DNA from: Candidatus Dormiibacterota bacterium
GTDB lineage: Archaea; Thermoproteota; Bathyarchaeia; 40CM-2-53-6
Length of the DNA stretch: 64,000 nucleotides
Reading direction: 5' to 3'
Assembly: GCA_035637535.1 (NCBI GenBank)
Contig: DASPWZ010000027.1
Location: 856-64,855, forward strand
In this document: in pieces, positions 18,919-27,728 of the stretch
How the letters are laid out: the number at the start of each line of letters is the position of its first letter
How positions within the stretch are numbered: position 1 is the stretch's first letter
Made by a program: the position numbers and the translations under genes
The notes under the pieces: generated by a model
Told to the model about the DNA's origin: nothing
Seen by the model: only the letters and a program-made list of their open reading frames with translations
Databases searched by the model: none

Positions 18919-19543
18919 CTAAGATAAGGGCGAGCGGGATCCATAATAGGTCTATCAGCGTCCCAAAGTCAAAAGATGCCAACACGAAGCCATTCACGAT
19001 CCCAGATGACCCGCAAGGCGTTTGAGGGCAATAGAAAGCTGTTAAGGAATAAACAAACCAGTCGATGATGAAGAACACGGCAGTTTCGAATATGGTGGCT
19101 AGCGCCATCCCCGAAGCTAGGAATCCAAGTGACCGATTTCGGAATTTGTAGACAATTAGCGCCTCAGGTGCCCGAGCAAGGATTATACCCGGGACGTATG
19201 TCAGGGCAAAGGCTCCCGGAGCTTCTCCGAAGAGAAAAATGTTCATCGTCTCGCCCACTGCTGATCCGATAAGTGTTGCCCAGAAGCTGATGCGACGAGA
19301 AAACAGGGCCGCTATGGCCAGGTAGAATACAGGTGCAGCGGTAATCTCGGAAAGTGGCGGCGGAAGAGGAAAACCAAACAGAACGTTAGAGAGAATCGTT
19401 CCAACCGCGACAAGGGCCGAGAAAGCACCGATCCTGGCAATTGTTAGAGACGGCGTCTCAACCCTGAGCCTCCTAGGAGTTGAGGAGTTCTCTCCGAGAT
19501 GGGAGTCGTTCGCGGAATTACTGAGCTTTTCTGGAGCTTTCAT
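18875..19543 (-). CDS. Polytopic membrane protein (ECF-transporter S-component-like)
   Basis: 222 aa with about 5-6 hydrophobic helices after a polar N-terminus. It is co-oriented with, and overlaps, the PurM-like gene. Confidence 0.5.
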   Translation of the reverse strand: MKAPEKLSNSANDSHLGENSSTPRRLRVETPSLTIARIGAFSALVAVGTILSNVLFGFPLPPPLSEITAAPVFYLAIAALFSRRISFWATLIGSAVGETMNIFLFGEAPGAFALTYVPGIILARAPEALIVYKFRNRSLGFLASGMALATIFETAVFFIIDWFVYSLTAFYCPQTPCGSSGIVNGFVLASFDFGTLIDLLWIPLALILVVAARRAFNTQFFS

Positions 19544-19756
19544 AGTTGTGACATCTTTGGTTTCTGAGGTCCGAGAAACCCAGCAAAGAAGAACGGCTTC
19601 GACTCCTCCCTTCGCCGGCGTTATCCGGATCAGGTTCTAAGGGTCGATGGCAGCAGAGCCATCCTCTCAGCCGGGTGAATCCCAGCTCCCCGTTGAAGAA
19701 AGGTGACCTTGAATCCGTTATTTAAGAACTGACCCTGATTGGTGGGAGTTGAACGC

Positions 19757-20161
19757 TTAACCGGTTTCTTTGAAGAAGTAGCGGGGCCAGTTGGGCCATC
19801 CACCTTCCTGTGGTCTCGGGCTGAAGTCGGCTTCGAGCTGCATACCAATCTTCAGATCTTCCGGCCTAGACGTCCGGATAATGCTGGGAATCTTCACTCC
19901 CTCTGGCATTTCGACAATTCCGACAGCGTACGGGGTCATGTGTTTGAACTGTGGTGGTGAGACGTGGACGATTGTGTAGGTGACGAGTTTTCCTCGCTGG
20001 CTCAGCTCGACCCATTCGACTCGACTATGTCGACAGTTGGAACAGATGGCTCTGGGAGGGACCATGACTTGTCGGCATCGTATGCACCGAACGGCCATGA
20101 GCTTCCGCTCGCTACAGTACTTGTAGAATTCCTCGATCGTGGGATCTCGTAGCTCGCTCAT
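19757..20161 (-). CDS. Zn-ribbon/OB-fold protein (DUF35 family, thiolase partner)
   Basis: It has CIRCRQVMVPPRAICSNCRH (a rubredoxin-like Zn ribbon) followed by an OB-fold segment. It lies 3 nt downstream of the thiolase gene. Confidence 0.85.
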   Translation of the reverse strand: MSELRDPTIEEFYKYCSERKLMAVRCIRCRQVMVPPRAICSNCRHSRVEWVELSQRGKLVTYTIVHVSPPQFKHMTPYAVGIVEMPEGVKIPSIIRTSRPEDLKIGMQLEADFSPRPQEGGWPNWPRYFFKETG

Positions 20162-20164
20162 AGT

Positions 20165-21337
20165 CTAGCTTCCCTTCAAAACATGGACCACCGCAGTAGC
20201 ACCCGATCCTCCCAGGTTATGGGCTAAACCGATTTTTGCATCCTTGACTTGGCGTCTGTCTGCCTGATCAGTCAACTGCAAATATAATTCGTGAATCTGG
20301 GCTGTCCCCGTCGCTCCAACAGGGTGACCCTTCGACTTGAGACCGCCGCTCGTGTTGACGGGCATGGACCCTTTGAGGTCTGGCGCGCCACTCTCAACGT
20401 ACTTCCCTCCCTGTCCCGGTCGGCAGAAGCCGAGATCCTCATAACCGATAATTTCTGCGATGGTGAAGCAGTCGTGAAGCTCTGCGACGTTGATGTCCTT
20501 TGGTCGAACGTCGGCCATCTTGTAAGCTTCTTGCGCCGCTGTCTTGGCAGCCTTGACGGTGGTCAGGCTTTCTCGCTCGTGTAAACAGAAAGTGTCCTGG
20601 GCTTGACCTGTCCCGATTATGTGGACATAGTTGTCACTTAGTTTCTTGGCAAGCTTCGGCTTCGTGAGTATGACGACGCTCGCGCCGTCAGTTATGAGCG
20701 AACAATCGTAGAGCTTCAGAGGCCAAGAGACTAGTCGCGATTTTAGGACCTCGTCCATCGTCACTTCCTTCTGCATGTGAGCGTTCGGGTTGAGAGCCCC
20801 ATTCTTGTGGTTCTTGACCGCAACCGCGGCCATCTGCTCCTCCGTCGTGCCGTACTCGTGCATGTGTGCCGTCGCCATTAGTGCGAATAGTCCTGGGAAG
20901 GTCATGCCATTCCACTGTTCGAAAGGATAGTCGGAGGCTGTTGCAAGAATACCTGTAACTTCGGGAGTCGGCTGGTTGGTCATCTTCTCCACTCCACCTA
21001 CAAGGACGATGTCGTAGAGGCCGGACATGATGGCCATTATACCGCATCGTAGCGCGGACCCTGAAGAGGCGCAAGCATTCTCAATCCTCATCGCGGGTGC
21101 AGGGAAGAGTCCAGCCCAGCTAGCAGCGATCGGCGCGGTGTGGGCCTGGTGCTCGTATGCCTCGCTCATCTGTCCGATGAAAGCGGCCTTGATGTCCTTA
21201 CCAGGGTCCAGCTTCTCTACTCTGTGGAAAGCGGATAACGCGGCTTCGGCGAAGAGTTCGCGGGCATAGACACCTTCTCGCCGGCCGAACTTGGATACGC
21301 CTGCTGATATTATGGTGGCTAAGGGCTTCCCGCGCAA
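20165..21337 (-). CDS. Thiolase (archaeal acetyl-CoA C-acetyltransferase type)
   Basis: 390 aa. The active-site Cys context is ENACASSGSALR. C-terminal thiolase motifs are NTSGGLKSKGHPVGATG and NLGGSGAT. Confidence 0.9.
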   Translation of the reverse strand: MRGKPLATIISAGVSKFGRREGVYARELFAEAALSAFHRVEKLDPGKDIKAAFIGQMSEAYEHQAHTAPIAASWAGLFPAPAMRIENACASSGSALRCGIMAIMSGLYDIVLVGGVEKMTNQPTPEVTGILATASDYPFEQWNGMTFPGLFALMATAHMHEYGTTEEQMAAVAVKNHKNGALNPNAHMQKEVTMDEVLKSRLVSWPLKLYDCSLITDGASVVILTKPKLAKKLSDNYVHIIGTGQAQDTFCLHERESLTTVKAAKTAAQEAYKMADVRPKDINVAELHDCFTIAEIIGYEDLGFCRPGQGGKYVESGAPDLKGSMPVNTSGGLKSKGHPVGATGTAQIHELYLQLTDQADRRQVKDAKIGLAHNLGGSGATAVVHVLKGS

Positions 21338-21744
21338 TGATACCTTATAGTCTAGGGAGGGCTCTTGTAAAAATGACTTTCAGGCAAAACTGCCGAATCT
21401 GCTTACTTGACGGGACTGGAGGAAGTACCTGGAAAAAGGTCGAAGGCTGTATTTTGAAAGTGTGAAGGAGCTTTTTGTTTTGACGTACCCCCGGGGGGGT
21501 CGAGAAATAGATAACAGAAAGAGAATAGTTAGTAGAAAAAGAAAAGGTAAGAGAAAAATGGATACGATAGATCTGCAGTCAAACGAGGCAAATAAGCTAA
21601 TTTCAGCGTGATTCTTGTTTGACGGAGGTCAAATCGAGGGGTTGGGATGACGTGTCTTGCGGTTGCCCTGTTCAGATTTCCTCGAAACGGTGGCGAACGA
21701 ATAAAAAGTTCGAAACCCTAACAAAATCACCGGAAAAATACAGA

Positions 21745-21752
21745 TTTATATA
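21745..21752 (+). promoter_or_regulatory. TATA-box candidate for the aminotransferase gene
   Basis: TTTATATA lies about 40 nt upstream of the TTG start at 21792. Confidence 0.35.
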
Positions 21753-21791
21753 GCTCCACGACCTAAATGACTACCAAGGCTGGAATGATGG

Positions 21792-23201
21792 TTGTTCACA
21801 CAAGTCGAAGCCGAAACCGCCGTCAACCAGGCCAAGATTGACATCGAGAAACGAACCGTCCGACAACTCCCAACCCTACTAACCAACTTCTCCCAATCAC
21901 TCGCCCTCTACGAAGAGGCCAAGAAACACCTCCCCTCAGGAGCCTCGTCCAACGTCAGGGTATACGCCCATGAGCCCTTCCCAATCAGCTTCCGGAAGGG
22001 CCAAGGGTCACGGGTCTGGGACGTCGACAACAACCAGTACGTCGACCTATTGTCAAGCTACGGAGCGGTTGTCCTCGGACAAGCCAACCCAGCAATCCTC
22101 AGTGCCGTTAGCGCCCAGATACGGAATGGGACGATGCTCGGAACCACCACCGAGCTTGAAGTTGAGGTCGCAAAGAAAATTCAGTCAGCAGTTCCCTGCG
22201 CCGAGATGGTCAGCTTCGCAAACACGGGGACGGAAGCCACAATGGAGGCGATTCGCATCGCCCGAGCCTTCACCGGCCGAGACAAAATAGTAAAGTTCGA
22301 AGGACACTACCACGGACACCACGACTACGTGCTCTTCAGCGTCGAGTCGCCCTCGGTCGTGGCAGGCCTCGAGCAGGCGCCTTCCAAGCTGCCCTACTAT
22401 CCAGGCATACCCGACGGAATATCTCGGAGCGTGGTCGTCGCCCAGTGGAACGACCCTGTGTCTTTAGAAAAGGTCTTGAAAAGGAACGCGAGCGACCTCG
22501 CCGCAATAATCACCGAGCCTGTAATGGGCAGCGCAGGAGTCATCCCACCGAAAGACGACTATCTCAAATCTATGCGAGAACTTGCAGACAAGTATGACGC
22601 CCTACTAATCTTCGACGAGGTGCTGACCGGTTTCCGAATCGCGCCAGGCGGGGCCCAGGAATTCTACGGAGTCAAACCCGACCTCGCGTGCTACGCCAAA
22701 GCACTGGGCGGAGGCACACCGATCGCGGCGGTCGCGGGTCGACGGGACGTGATGGGGATGATCGGCCCTGGCAAGATCGGCTACGGTGGCACATACAATG
22801 GGAACTCGATGTGTCTCGCAGCTGCCAATGCTACACTGGACGAACTCTTGAGAGATGACGCGGCCGCGATCCGGCACATGCACCTGACCGGTGCGGAAAT
22901 TATGGAGGGTCTGCGAGAACTCATGTCACAATATGATCACGACGGCATAGTCCAAGGCATGGGTCCGATGTTCCAGCTCTACTTCACCGCCGCGCGAAAA
23001 ATTCAGAACTACCGACACACCTTGCAGAGTGATTTCGAAAAGTTCCGTAGGTTCAGGAATCTAATGCTGCGCCGAGGAGTGTACTTCCACCCTGATGGGT
23101 CAGAGAGAATGATGATCACTGCAGCCCACGATGAGAGTGATGTTGAATCGATCTTGAGCGCTGCTGAGGACAGTCTCAGAGAACTCAAGAAACCAAACTA
23201 G
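21792..23201 (+). CDS. Class-III aminotransferase (glutamate-1-semialdehyde 2,1-aminomutase-like)
   Basis: 469 aa. It shows SSNVRVY...GSRVWDVDNNQYVDLLSSYGAVVLG, FANTGTEA, DEVLTGFR and YAKALGGG (the PLP Lys context). TTG start, with no in-frame ATG nearby. Confidence 0.85.
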   Translation: MFTQVEAETAVNQAKIDIEKRTVRQLPTLLTNFSQSLALYEEAKKHLPSGASSNVRVYAHEPFPISFRKGQGSRVWDVDNNQYVDLLSSYGAVVLGQANPAILSAVSAQIRNGTMLGTTTELEVEVAKKIQSAVPCAEMVSFANTGTEATMEAIRIARAFTGRDKIVKFEGHYHGHHDYVLFSVESPSVVAGLEQAPSKLPYYPGIPDGISRSVVVAQWNDPVSLEKVLKRNASDLAAIITEPVMGSAGVIPPKDDYLKSMRELADKYDALLIFDEVLTGFRIAPGGAQEFYGVKPDLACYAKALGGGTPIAAVAGRRDVMGMIGPGKIGYGGTYNGNSMCLAAANATLDELLRDDAAAIRHMHLTGAEIMEGLRELMSQYDHDGIVQGMGPMFQLYFTAARKIQNYRHTLQSDFEKFRRFRNLMLRRGVYFHPDGSERMMITAAHDESDVESILSAAEDSLRELKKPN

Positions 23202-23339
23202 ACGTTTCTATCTCTTACCTGATTTTTCGACATTCAGATAGAATCGCAGAGGACTTTGTTTACCCAGTTTTCGAGAAATGATAGAACAACCGATAAGAAC
23301 CCACGGAGTCAGGGGAACCTATCTGGAAAACTGGCCGGA

Positions 23340-23834
23340 ATGGCGTATAACAGACTTCAACACCGCGAATTATCCATACTGGTAGGAGTTCTAGTTGGAA
23401 TCCTTCTAGACGTATTCGCGACCACAACCGACAGTGTCACAAATTTCACTCTGACGGACCTCGTCATCTTCGTAACGATCCCTGCGTTGTCTGGCGCACT
23501 CGCAGGTTTCGCTGATCCGGATCACGCTATTGGAAACGGGATAATGGTCGGAGTTGTCGCAGGTCTAGTCTACGTCGTAATCAGCGCTCTAAAACTGCCA
23601 GTCAATGTCGGAGGAGATACCGTCCTCTTTCTGGCCCTAGCTGTCCCGGTCTGGGGATTCTTGGGAGGAACCGGTTCGAGGTTTGCGCACAGAACCCTGA
23701 CAACGACTCAAGAGGAGACTCTGCAGGTAGCGATGAGGACTTGCGCGAACTGCAAGACGGTAAATCCGCCTGACGCACTGTTCTGTAAGAACTGCGGGAC
23801 GAAGCTGCCTCGGAATTCCAAGGCTTCAGCATAA
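23340..23834 (+). CDS. Membrane protein with C-terminal zinc ribbon
   Basis: Four hydrophobic helices are followed by CANCKTVNPPDALFCKNCGTKL. I start it at ATG 23340. The open frame begins at TTG 23256. Confidence 0.55.
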   Translation: MAYNRLQHRELSILVGVLVGILLDVFATTTDSVTNFTLTDLVIFVTIPALSGALAGFADPDHAIGNGIMVGVVAGLVYVVISALKLPVNVGGDTVLFLALAVPVWGFLGGTGSRFAHRTLTTTQEETLQVAMRTCANCKTVNPPDALFCKNCGTKLPRNSKASA

Positions 23835-24070
23835 TTCCTCTGGAAAATAGCTCGGCCAGGAGTCTTCCCACAAGACGAGGTGCCTGCTTTACCTTCAATA
23901 GGTAGGATCTATCCCCTAGCGAGCGGACTGTTTGTCAGATACGTAGCGACTTTTTCGCGTAAGATAACGCCTAGACTCCTCTCAATCGGGATGTTTCTAT
24001 GTACACGCAGTTGTCAATTTGACTCCCGCGTGTACGTTACCTATTTTAAGGAATAAAGTCTAATCCCCAG

Positions 24071-24095
24071 CTACCCTATTTATGCAAAAAGGTAG
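24071..24095 (+). promoter_or_regulatory. TATA-like element bracketed by the inverted repeat CTACC-N15-GGTAG (candidate operator/promoter of the TrmB-family gene)
   Basis: The sequence is CTACCCTATTTATGCAAAAAGGTAG. The TATA-like CTATTTATGC is centred about 30 nt upstream of TTG 24111. Confidence 0.35.
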
Positions 24096-24110
24096 GTCAA
24101 CTCCTCAAAA

Positions 24111-24911
24111 TTGTCTCGAATAGACGAGAACCTACACCGCATACTGAAAGACCATGGATTAACGGAATACGAAATCAAGACCTACCTCAAACTAATCTTC
24201 GACGGCCCCGCAACACCCTACGAGATCAGCGAGAGCGTCAAGATTCCCTACGCTCGCGTCTACGGGACGCTCGAAGGACTGGAGAAGCGGAAATGGATCA
24301 GAGCAAGACCCGGACGCCCGGTCATCTACGAATCCAACCCACCGAGGTCTGTCGCAGAGCTAGAGCTGGAGCAGAAGCAGTCCGAGATGGAAGCATTCAC
24401 CAACCTCATGCGCAAAGACTTGCAAGCGATCTACGAACGGCGTGAAGTTGTGAAACACATCAGCCTCTGGGTCATCCACGGAGGCGACAAGATAGCCGAC
24501 AAACAAAACGAGCTAATCGCCACCGCGAAGACCCGGGCCTATCTTCAGCTCGCAACAATCATTCCGCAAGACGTTGAAGACTTACGCGCACCGATAAAGG
24601 CCGCTAGGGAGAGAGGCGTTGTCGTAAAGATAGTGTCCTTCCTGAATCCGAAATTCGTCGATCAAAAAAGCCTTACTGCGCTTTCTGAAGACGCGGAGGT
24701 CGGTATTATCCAAGAACCGAGTGAGGAATCTCCCCGTCCCATGAACGTTTGTTCTGTTGACGGGAGAGATTCGATCGTAACGTATCTCTGGAACCTTGAA
24801 ATGCCGTCAGAAGGAGGCTCGCGAATAGCCTTCAGATTATCCGATGAAGAGTACGCGGGAGTAATGGAGAGATACTTCGAATACTACTGGCTCAAGGCCA
24901 GAAGAATCTAA
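24111..24911 (+). CDS. TrmB-family transcriptional regulator (sugar-responsive family)
   Basis: The N-terminal wHTH is LKDHGLTEYEIKTYLKLIFDGPATPYEISESVKIPYARVYGTLEGLEKRKWI. A coiled-coil linker and C-terminal effector domain follow. TTG start. Confidence 0.85.
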   Translation: MSRIDENLHRILKDHGLTEYEIKTYLKLIFDGPATPYEISESVKIPYARVYGTLEGLEKRKWIRARPGRPVIYESNPPRSVAELELEQKQSEMEAFTNLMRKDLQAIYERREVVKHISLWVIHGGDKIADKQNELIATAKTRAYLQLATIIPQDVEDLRAPIKAARERGVVVKIVSFLNPKFVDQKSLTALSEDAEVGIIQEPSEESPRPMNVCSVDGRDSIVTYLWNLEMPSEGGSRIAFRLSDEEYAGVMERYFEYYWLKARRI

Positions 24912-24927
24912 CGAAGCTTTCTACTAA

Positions 24928-25455
24928 TCAAGATTTGGATCCGCGATAAATCTATATTCAACAATTCGCGTCTCGACAATCTGGATACACTTTGAAGAGG
25001 CTCTTACCGTACTTTTTCTCGCGTTTCTTGCAACGTCTCTAATCGCGACAAGCTATGCCCTCGCAACTTCGCTTTCTCTTACAAACGCCATTTTCTCGAT
25101 CCACCCCGACATCGACCGGACTCTGAATGTTTCGTCGCATCAGGGAATAACCGGCAGCGTCACCATTGCCAATGTCTCGCCCGTTTGTAGCATAACAGGA
25201 TCAGCCCCTGCAACAGGTCCAGATCTCATCATCACATCCTCAAATGGAAGGATCCAAGTAGTGGCGCTCAATTGGACACTTCAGAACCGCTGCGAGTTGA
25301 TAGCACCATTTCAGGTGACACTCAGCCCCGGAACCTATTCGCTGAATCTGTCAAGCTGCAGTTACATGGGATGCCGAGTCTTGCCGATTACTGTAGTTGT
25401 GGTACCGGGAGTCTTCACACCGGCAAGGATCGACATCATCACCGGCATATACTAG
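24928..25455 (+). CDS. Possible small secreted or membrane-anchored protein; open frame without a canonical start codon before the signal-like segment
   Basis: Frame 1 is open from 24928. It encodes a hydrophobic N-terminal segment (LTVLFLAFLATSLIATSYALA) and then a Ser/Thr/Cys-rich beta-type sequence. The first ATG/GTG/TTG in frame is GTG 25261. A TATA-like AAATCTATATT lies at 24948-24958. Confidence 0.35.
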   Translation, partial: SRFGSAINLYSTIRVSTIWIHFEEALTVLFLAFLATSLIATSYALATSLSLTNAIFSIHPDIDRTLNVSSHQGITGSVTIANVSPVCSITGSAPATGPDLIITSSNGRIQVVALNWTLQNRCELIAPFQVTLSPGTYSLNLSSCSYMGCRVLPITVVVVPGVFTPARIDIITGIY

Positions 25456-25546
25456 TCTAATGCGCTACCTAGCGCTCAGTGGTGCGCCAGAATGTTGTAG
25501 ATCTGAGCCTGACTAAGTCAGAGGAGGATCGGATTCTGGATACGGT

Positions 25547-25945
25547 TCACTGAGTCGGCTGAGGCCTCGGCTGGCCCTGTGGAGCCTGGGCACCGGGGCG
25601 TTGGGAGTCGAGCTGGGCCATTATCATCATGAGCTTCTTCGACTCGTCTAGCTTGCGGATCATGTTCTGCAACTCGCCTCGGTAGTAATCCTTCTGCTGG
25701 GTATAGTCCTGATCGTTCATATCGCCCGACTGGTATCTGCCTTGTAATGACAAATAGCCCGATAGCGTGGTTCCGCCTAGTTGTTCCTTTAACTGGCCAA
25801 GACTCTTGTTTACCAAGTCGTTAAGCTGGCCAGCCCGCTCGTTCAGAGCTCTGCTCACTTTGGCAATCTCTTCCTTGATCATCGCGGTTCGCTGTCGGAA
25901 GCTGTTTAGCTCAACGACCACTTTCTCGATTCCTAATTCGCTCAC
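25547..25945 (-). CDS. Coiled-coil protein with SHOCT-like motif; paralog of 9340..9741
   Basis: From GTG 25945 the product VSELGIEKVVVELNSFRQRTAMIKEE... aligns residue-for-residue with MSEVSIDKVMTDINSFRQRLTMLREE... It shares SGDMNDQDY and a P/Q-rich tail, and has the same length class (132 vs 133 aa). Confidence 0.6.
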   Translation of the reverse strand: MSELGIEKVVVELNSFRQRTAMIKEEIAKVSRALNERAGQLNDLVNKSLGQLKEQLGGTTLSGYLSLQGRYQSGDMNDQDYTQQKDYYRGELQNMIRKLDESKKLMMIMAQLDSQRPGAQAPQGQPRPQPTQ

Positions 25946-26091
25946 GATATTGCACCGGATTGAACGTGACATTGAACGGTAGGGCACCAGTTATGCAAGA
26001 CGTAACCCCCGTCATGGAATGCGGGTGACCCGTTTCCCTCAGGCGAAGCGGACCATAGCCGAACGTTCTATCAAGGCCCAGCATTCGTTGG

Positions 26092-26772
26092 TTGTTGATT
26101 GGCTTGTACCTCTTCGAGAAAGCCACTGATCTGACCCATCACCTGCGCAAGGGCATGCCCATCTACGCAGGGGATCCCACGCCGTCATTCGAAAACTATT
26201 CTACGCTACGGAAGGACGGCGTCAATCTGACCAAGATCATTATGGGTTCACATACTGGCACCCATCTCGACGCCCCCAGACACTTCATCCAAGACGGGAT
26301 AGGCATAGACAGGATTCCAGCGGACAAGCTGATAGGGGAAGCCTACGTGGCTGACCTTTCCAGGAAGCCGATCGGTAGCGGAATCACATCCAAGGACCTT
26401 AAGCCAGAACTCGAAGAGAAAATTGCAAGGGATGATATTGTTGTCATCTATACGGGTTGCAGCGAACATTGGGGCAAGGAGTCTATGAACCGAGACTACA
26501 CGTATCTTACTGCTGACGCAGCAGACTATCTTGTCTCGAAAAAGGTCCGGGCGGTTGGAATCGATTTTCTCAGCGTCGAGAAATTCAAGGCGGCAGAACC
26601 ACTGGTGCACAAGACGCTCCTCGGAAATGGAATCTTCATCATTGAATCTCTAAGCAGTGCGTTGAACCAATTTGTTGGCAAGAGAATCCTGATGATCTGC
26701 ATGCCCATCAAATTGCAAGATGGAGATGGAGCACCGTCGAGGGTAGTAGCTGTACCCATTCGAGAACACTGA
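26092..26772 (+). CDS. Cyclase-family protein (kynurenine formamidase-like metal hydrolase)
   Basis: It has GMPIYAGDP and the HTGTHLDAPRHF motif. TTG start. Confidence 0.85.
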   Translation: MLIGLYLFEKATDLTHHLRKGMPIYAGDPTPSFENYSTLRKDGVNLTKIIMGSHTGTHLDAPRHFIQDGIGIDRIPADKLIGEAYVADLSRKPIGSGITSKDLKPELEEKIARDDIVVIYTGCSEHWGKESMNRDYTYLTADAADYLVSKKVRAVGIDFLSVEKFKAAEPLVHKTLLGNGIFIIESLSSALNQFVGKRILMICMPIKLQDGDGAPSRVVAVPIREH

Positions 26773-26834
26773 GGTTCTCTGCCCGAGTCGTCCTTCTAGG
26801 ACTCTTAAAGCACGTCTCAATCGAGGGTTTGACC

Positions 26835-27728
26835 ATGAAGAAGCTCGAAGGCATCATAGCACCCATGGCTACCCCACTAACTCGTGACGAGAAGATCGAC
26901 GATAAGACTACTCGAACTCTCGTAGACTTTTTGATTGATGGAGGAATCGACGGGCTGTTCCCATTGGGGACGAGCGGAGAGTTTGCTCTCTTTGACCGGG
27001 AGGAAAGGAAGAACGTTATCGAAACGGTTGTGGATCATACGAATGGTAGAGTCCCGGTACTCGCCGGTGTATCAGACCCTGGTCTCGAGAATGTCTTCGC
27101 TTTCGCGAAGGACGCTAAGGATGCCGGTGCAGACGCAATCGTCGCAACTCCCCCGTACTATTACGCGACTGGCGAGGACGGGCTCTTCAACCATTTCGAG
27201 ACAATTGCCCGGAAATGTGAACTGCCTCTTGTCGTGTATAACATTCCAGAATGGACTCATCTCTTCGTTCCTCCAAGTGTCATTCAGCGATTGGCCGAGA
27301 AGAAGTTGATCGTTGGAATGAAGTATACTGAGTACAATCTCCTCAACCTTCTCCGGTTTCTGAAAGTCGCGGGCAAGCGTATCGCGATCTTCGCTGGGTC
27401 TGATGCGATGACTTTCACAAATCTGGAATTTGGTGGAAGCGGTGGAGTAATCGGAGTCGCCAATGTTGCCCCCAAGCTAGCGAGTTCGGTGTTTGACGAG
27501 TTCAAGCATGGAAACCTGGAAGCGGCTCGACTAGCTCAGTCGAAGCTTCTTCCGATAATCGAGGCAATTAGTGTTGGAAGATTCCCTGCAGGGCTAAAGG
27601 AGGCGATGAGAATGGTCGGGATGCCCGTAGGTGGTGTCAAGAGCCCTCTTCAGAGTCTCACTGGAGAGGAGCGAAACAGCGTTGCAGCCTTTCTCAGAGA
27701 GTCGGGACTGTTAAAGGACGGAGCATGA
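26835..27728 (+). CDS. DapA-family class I aldolase (candidate 2-keto-3-deoxy-sugar-acid aldolase)
   Basis: GIIAPMATPLTRDEKIDD...GIDGLFPLGTSGEF and VYNIP are DHDPS/KDG-aldolase family hallmarks. The neighbouring sugar-acid genes support the context. Confidence 0.85.
   Translation: MKKLEGIIAPMATPLTRDEKIDDKTTRTLVDFLIDGGIDGLFPLGTSGEFALFDREERKNVIETVVDHTNGRVPVLAGVSDPGLENVFAFAKDAKDAGADAIVATPPYYYATGEDGLFNHFETIARKCELPLVVYNIPEWTHLFVPPSVIQRLAEKKLIVGMKYTEYNLLNLLRFLKVAGKRIAIFAGSDAMTFTNLEFGGSGGVIGVANVAPKLASSVFDEFKHGNLEAARLAQSKLLPIIEAISVGRFPAGLKEAMRMVGMPVGGVKSPLQSLTGEERNSVAAFLRESGLLKDGA

Noticed and set aside
21690-21715. GTTCGAAACCC, resembling a tRNA T-loop.
   Set aside because: No T-stem complement, acceptor stem or anticodon arm could be built around it. 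I found no tRNA gene in any intergenic region.
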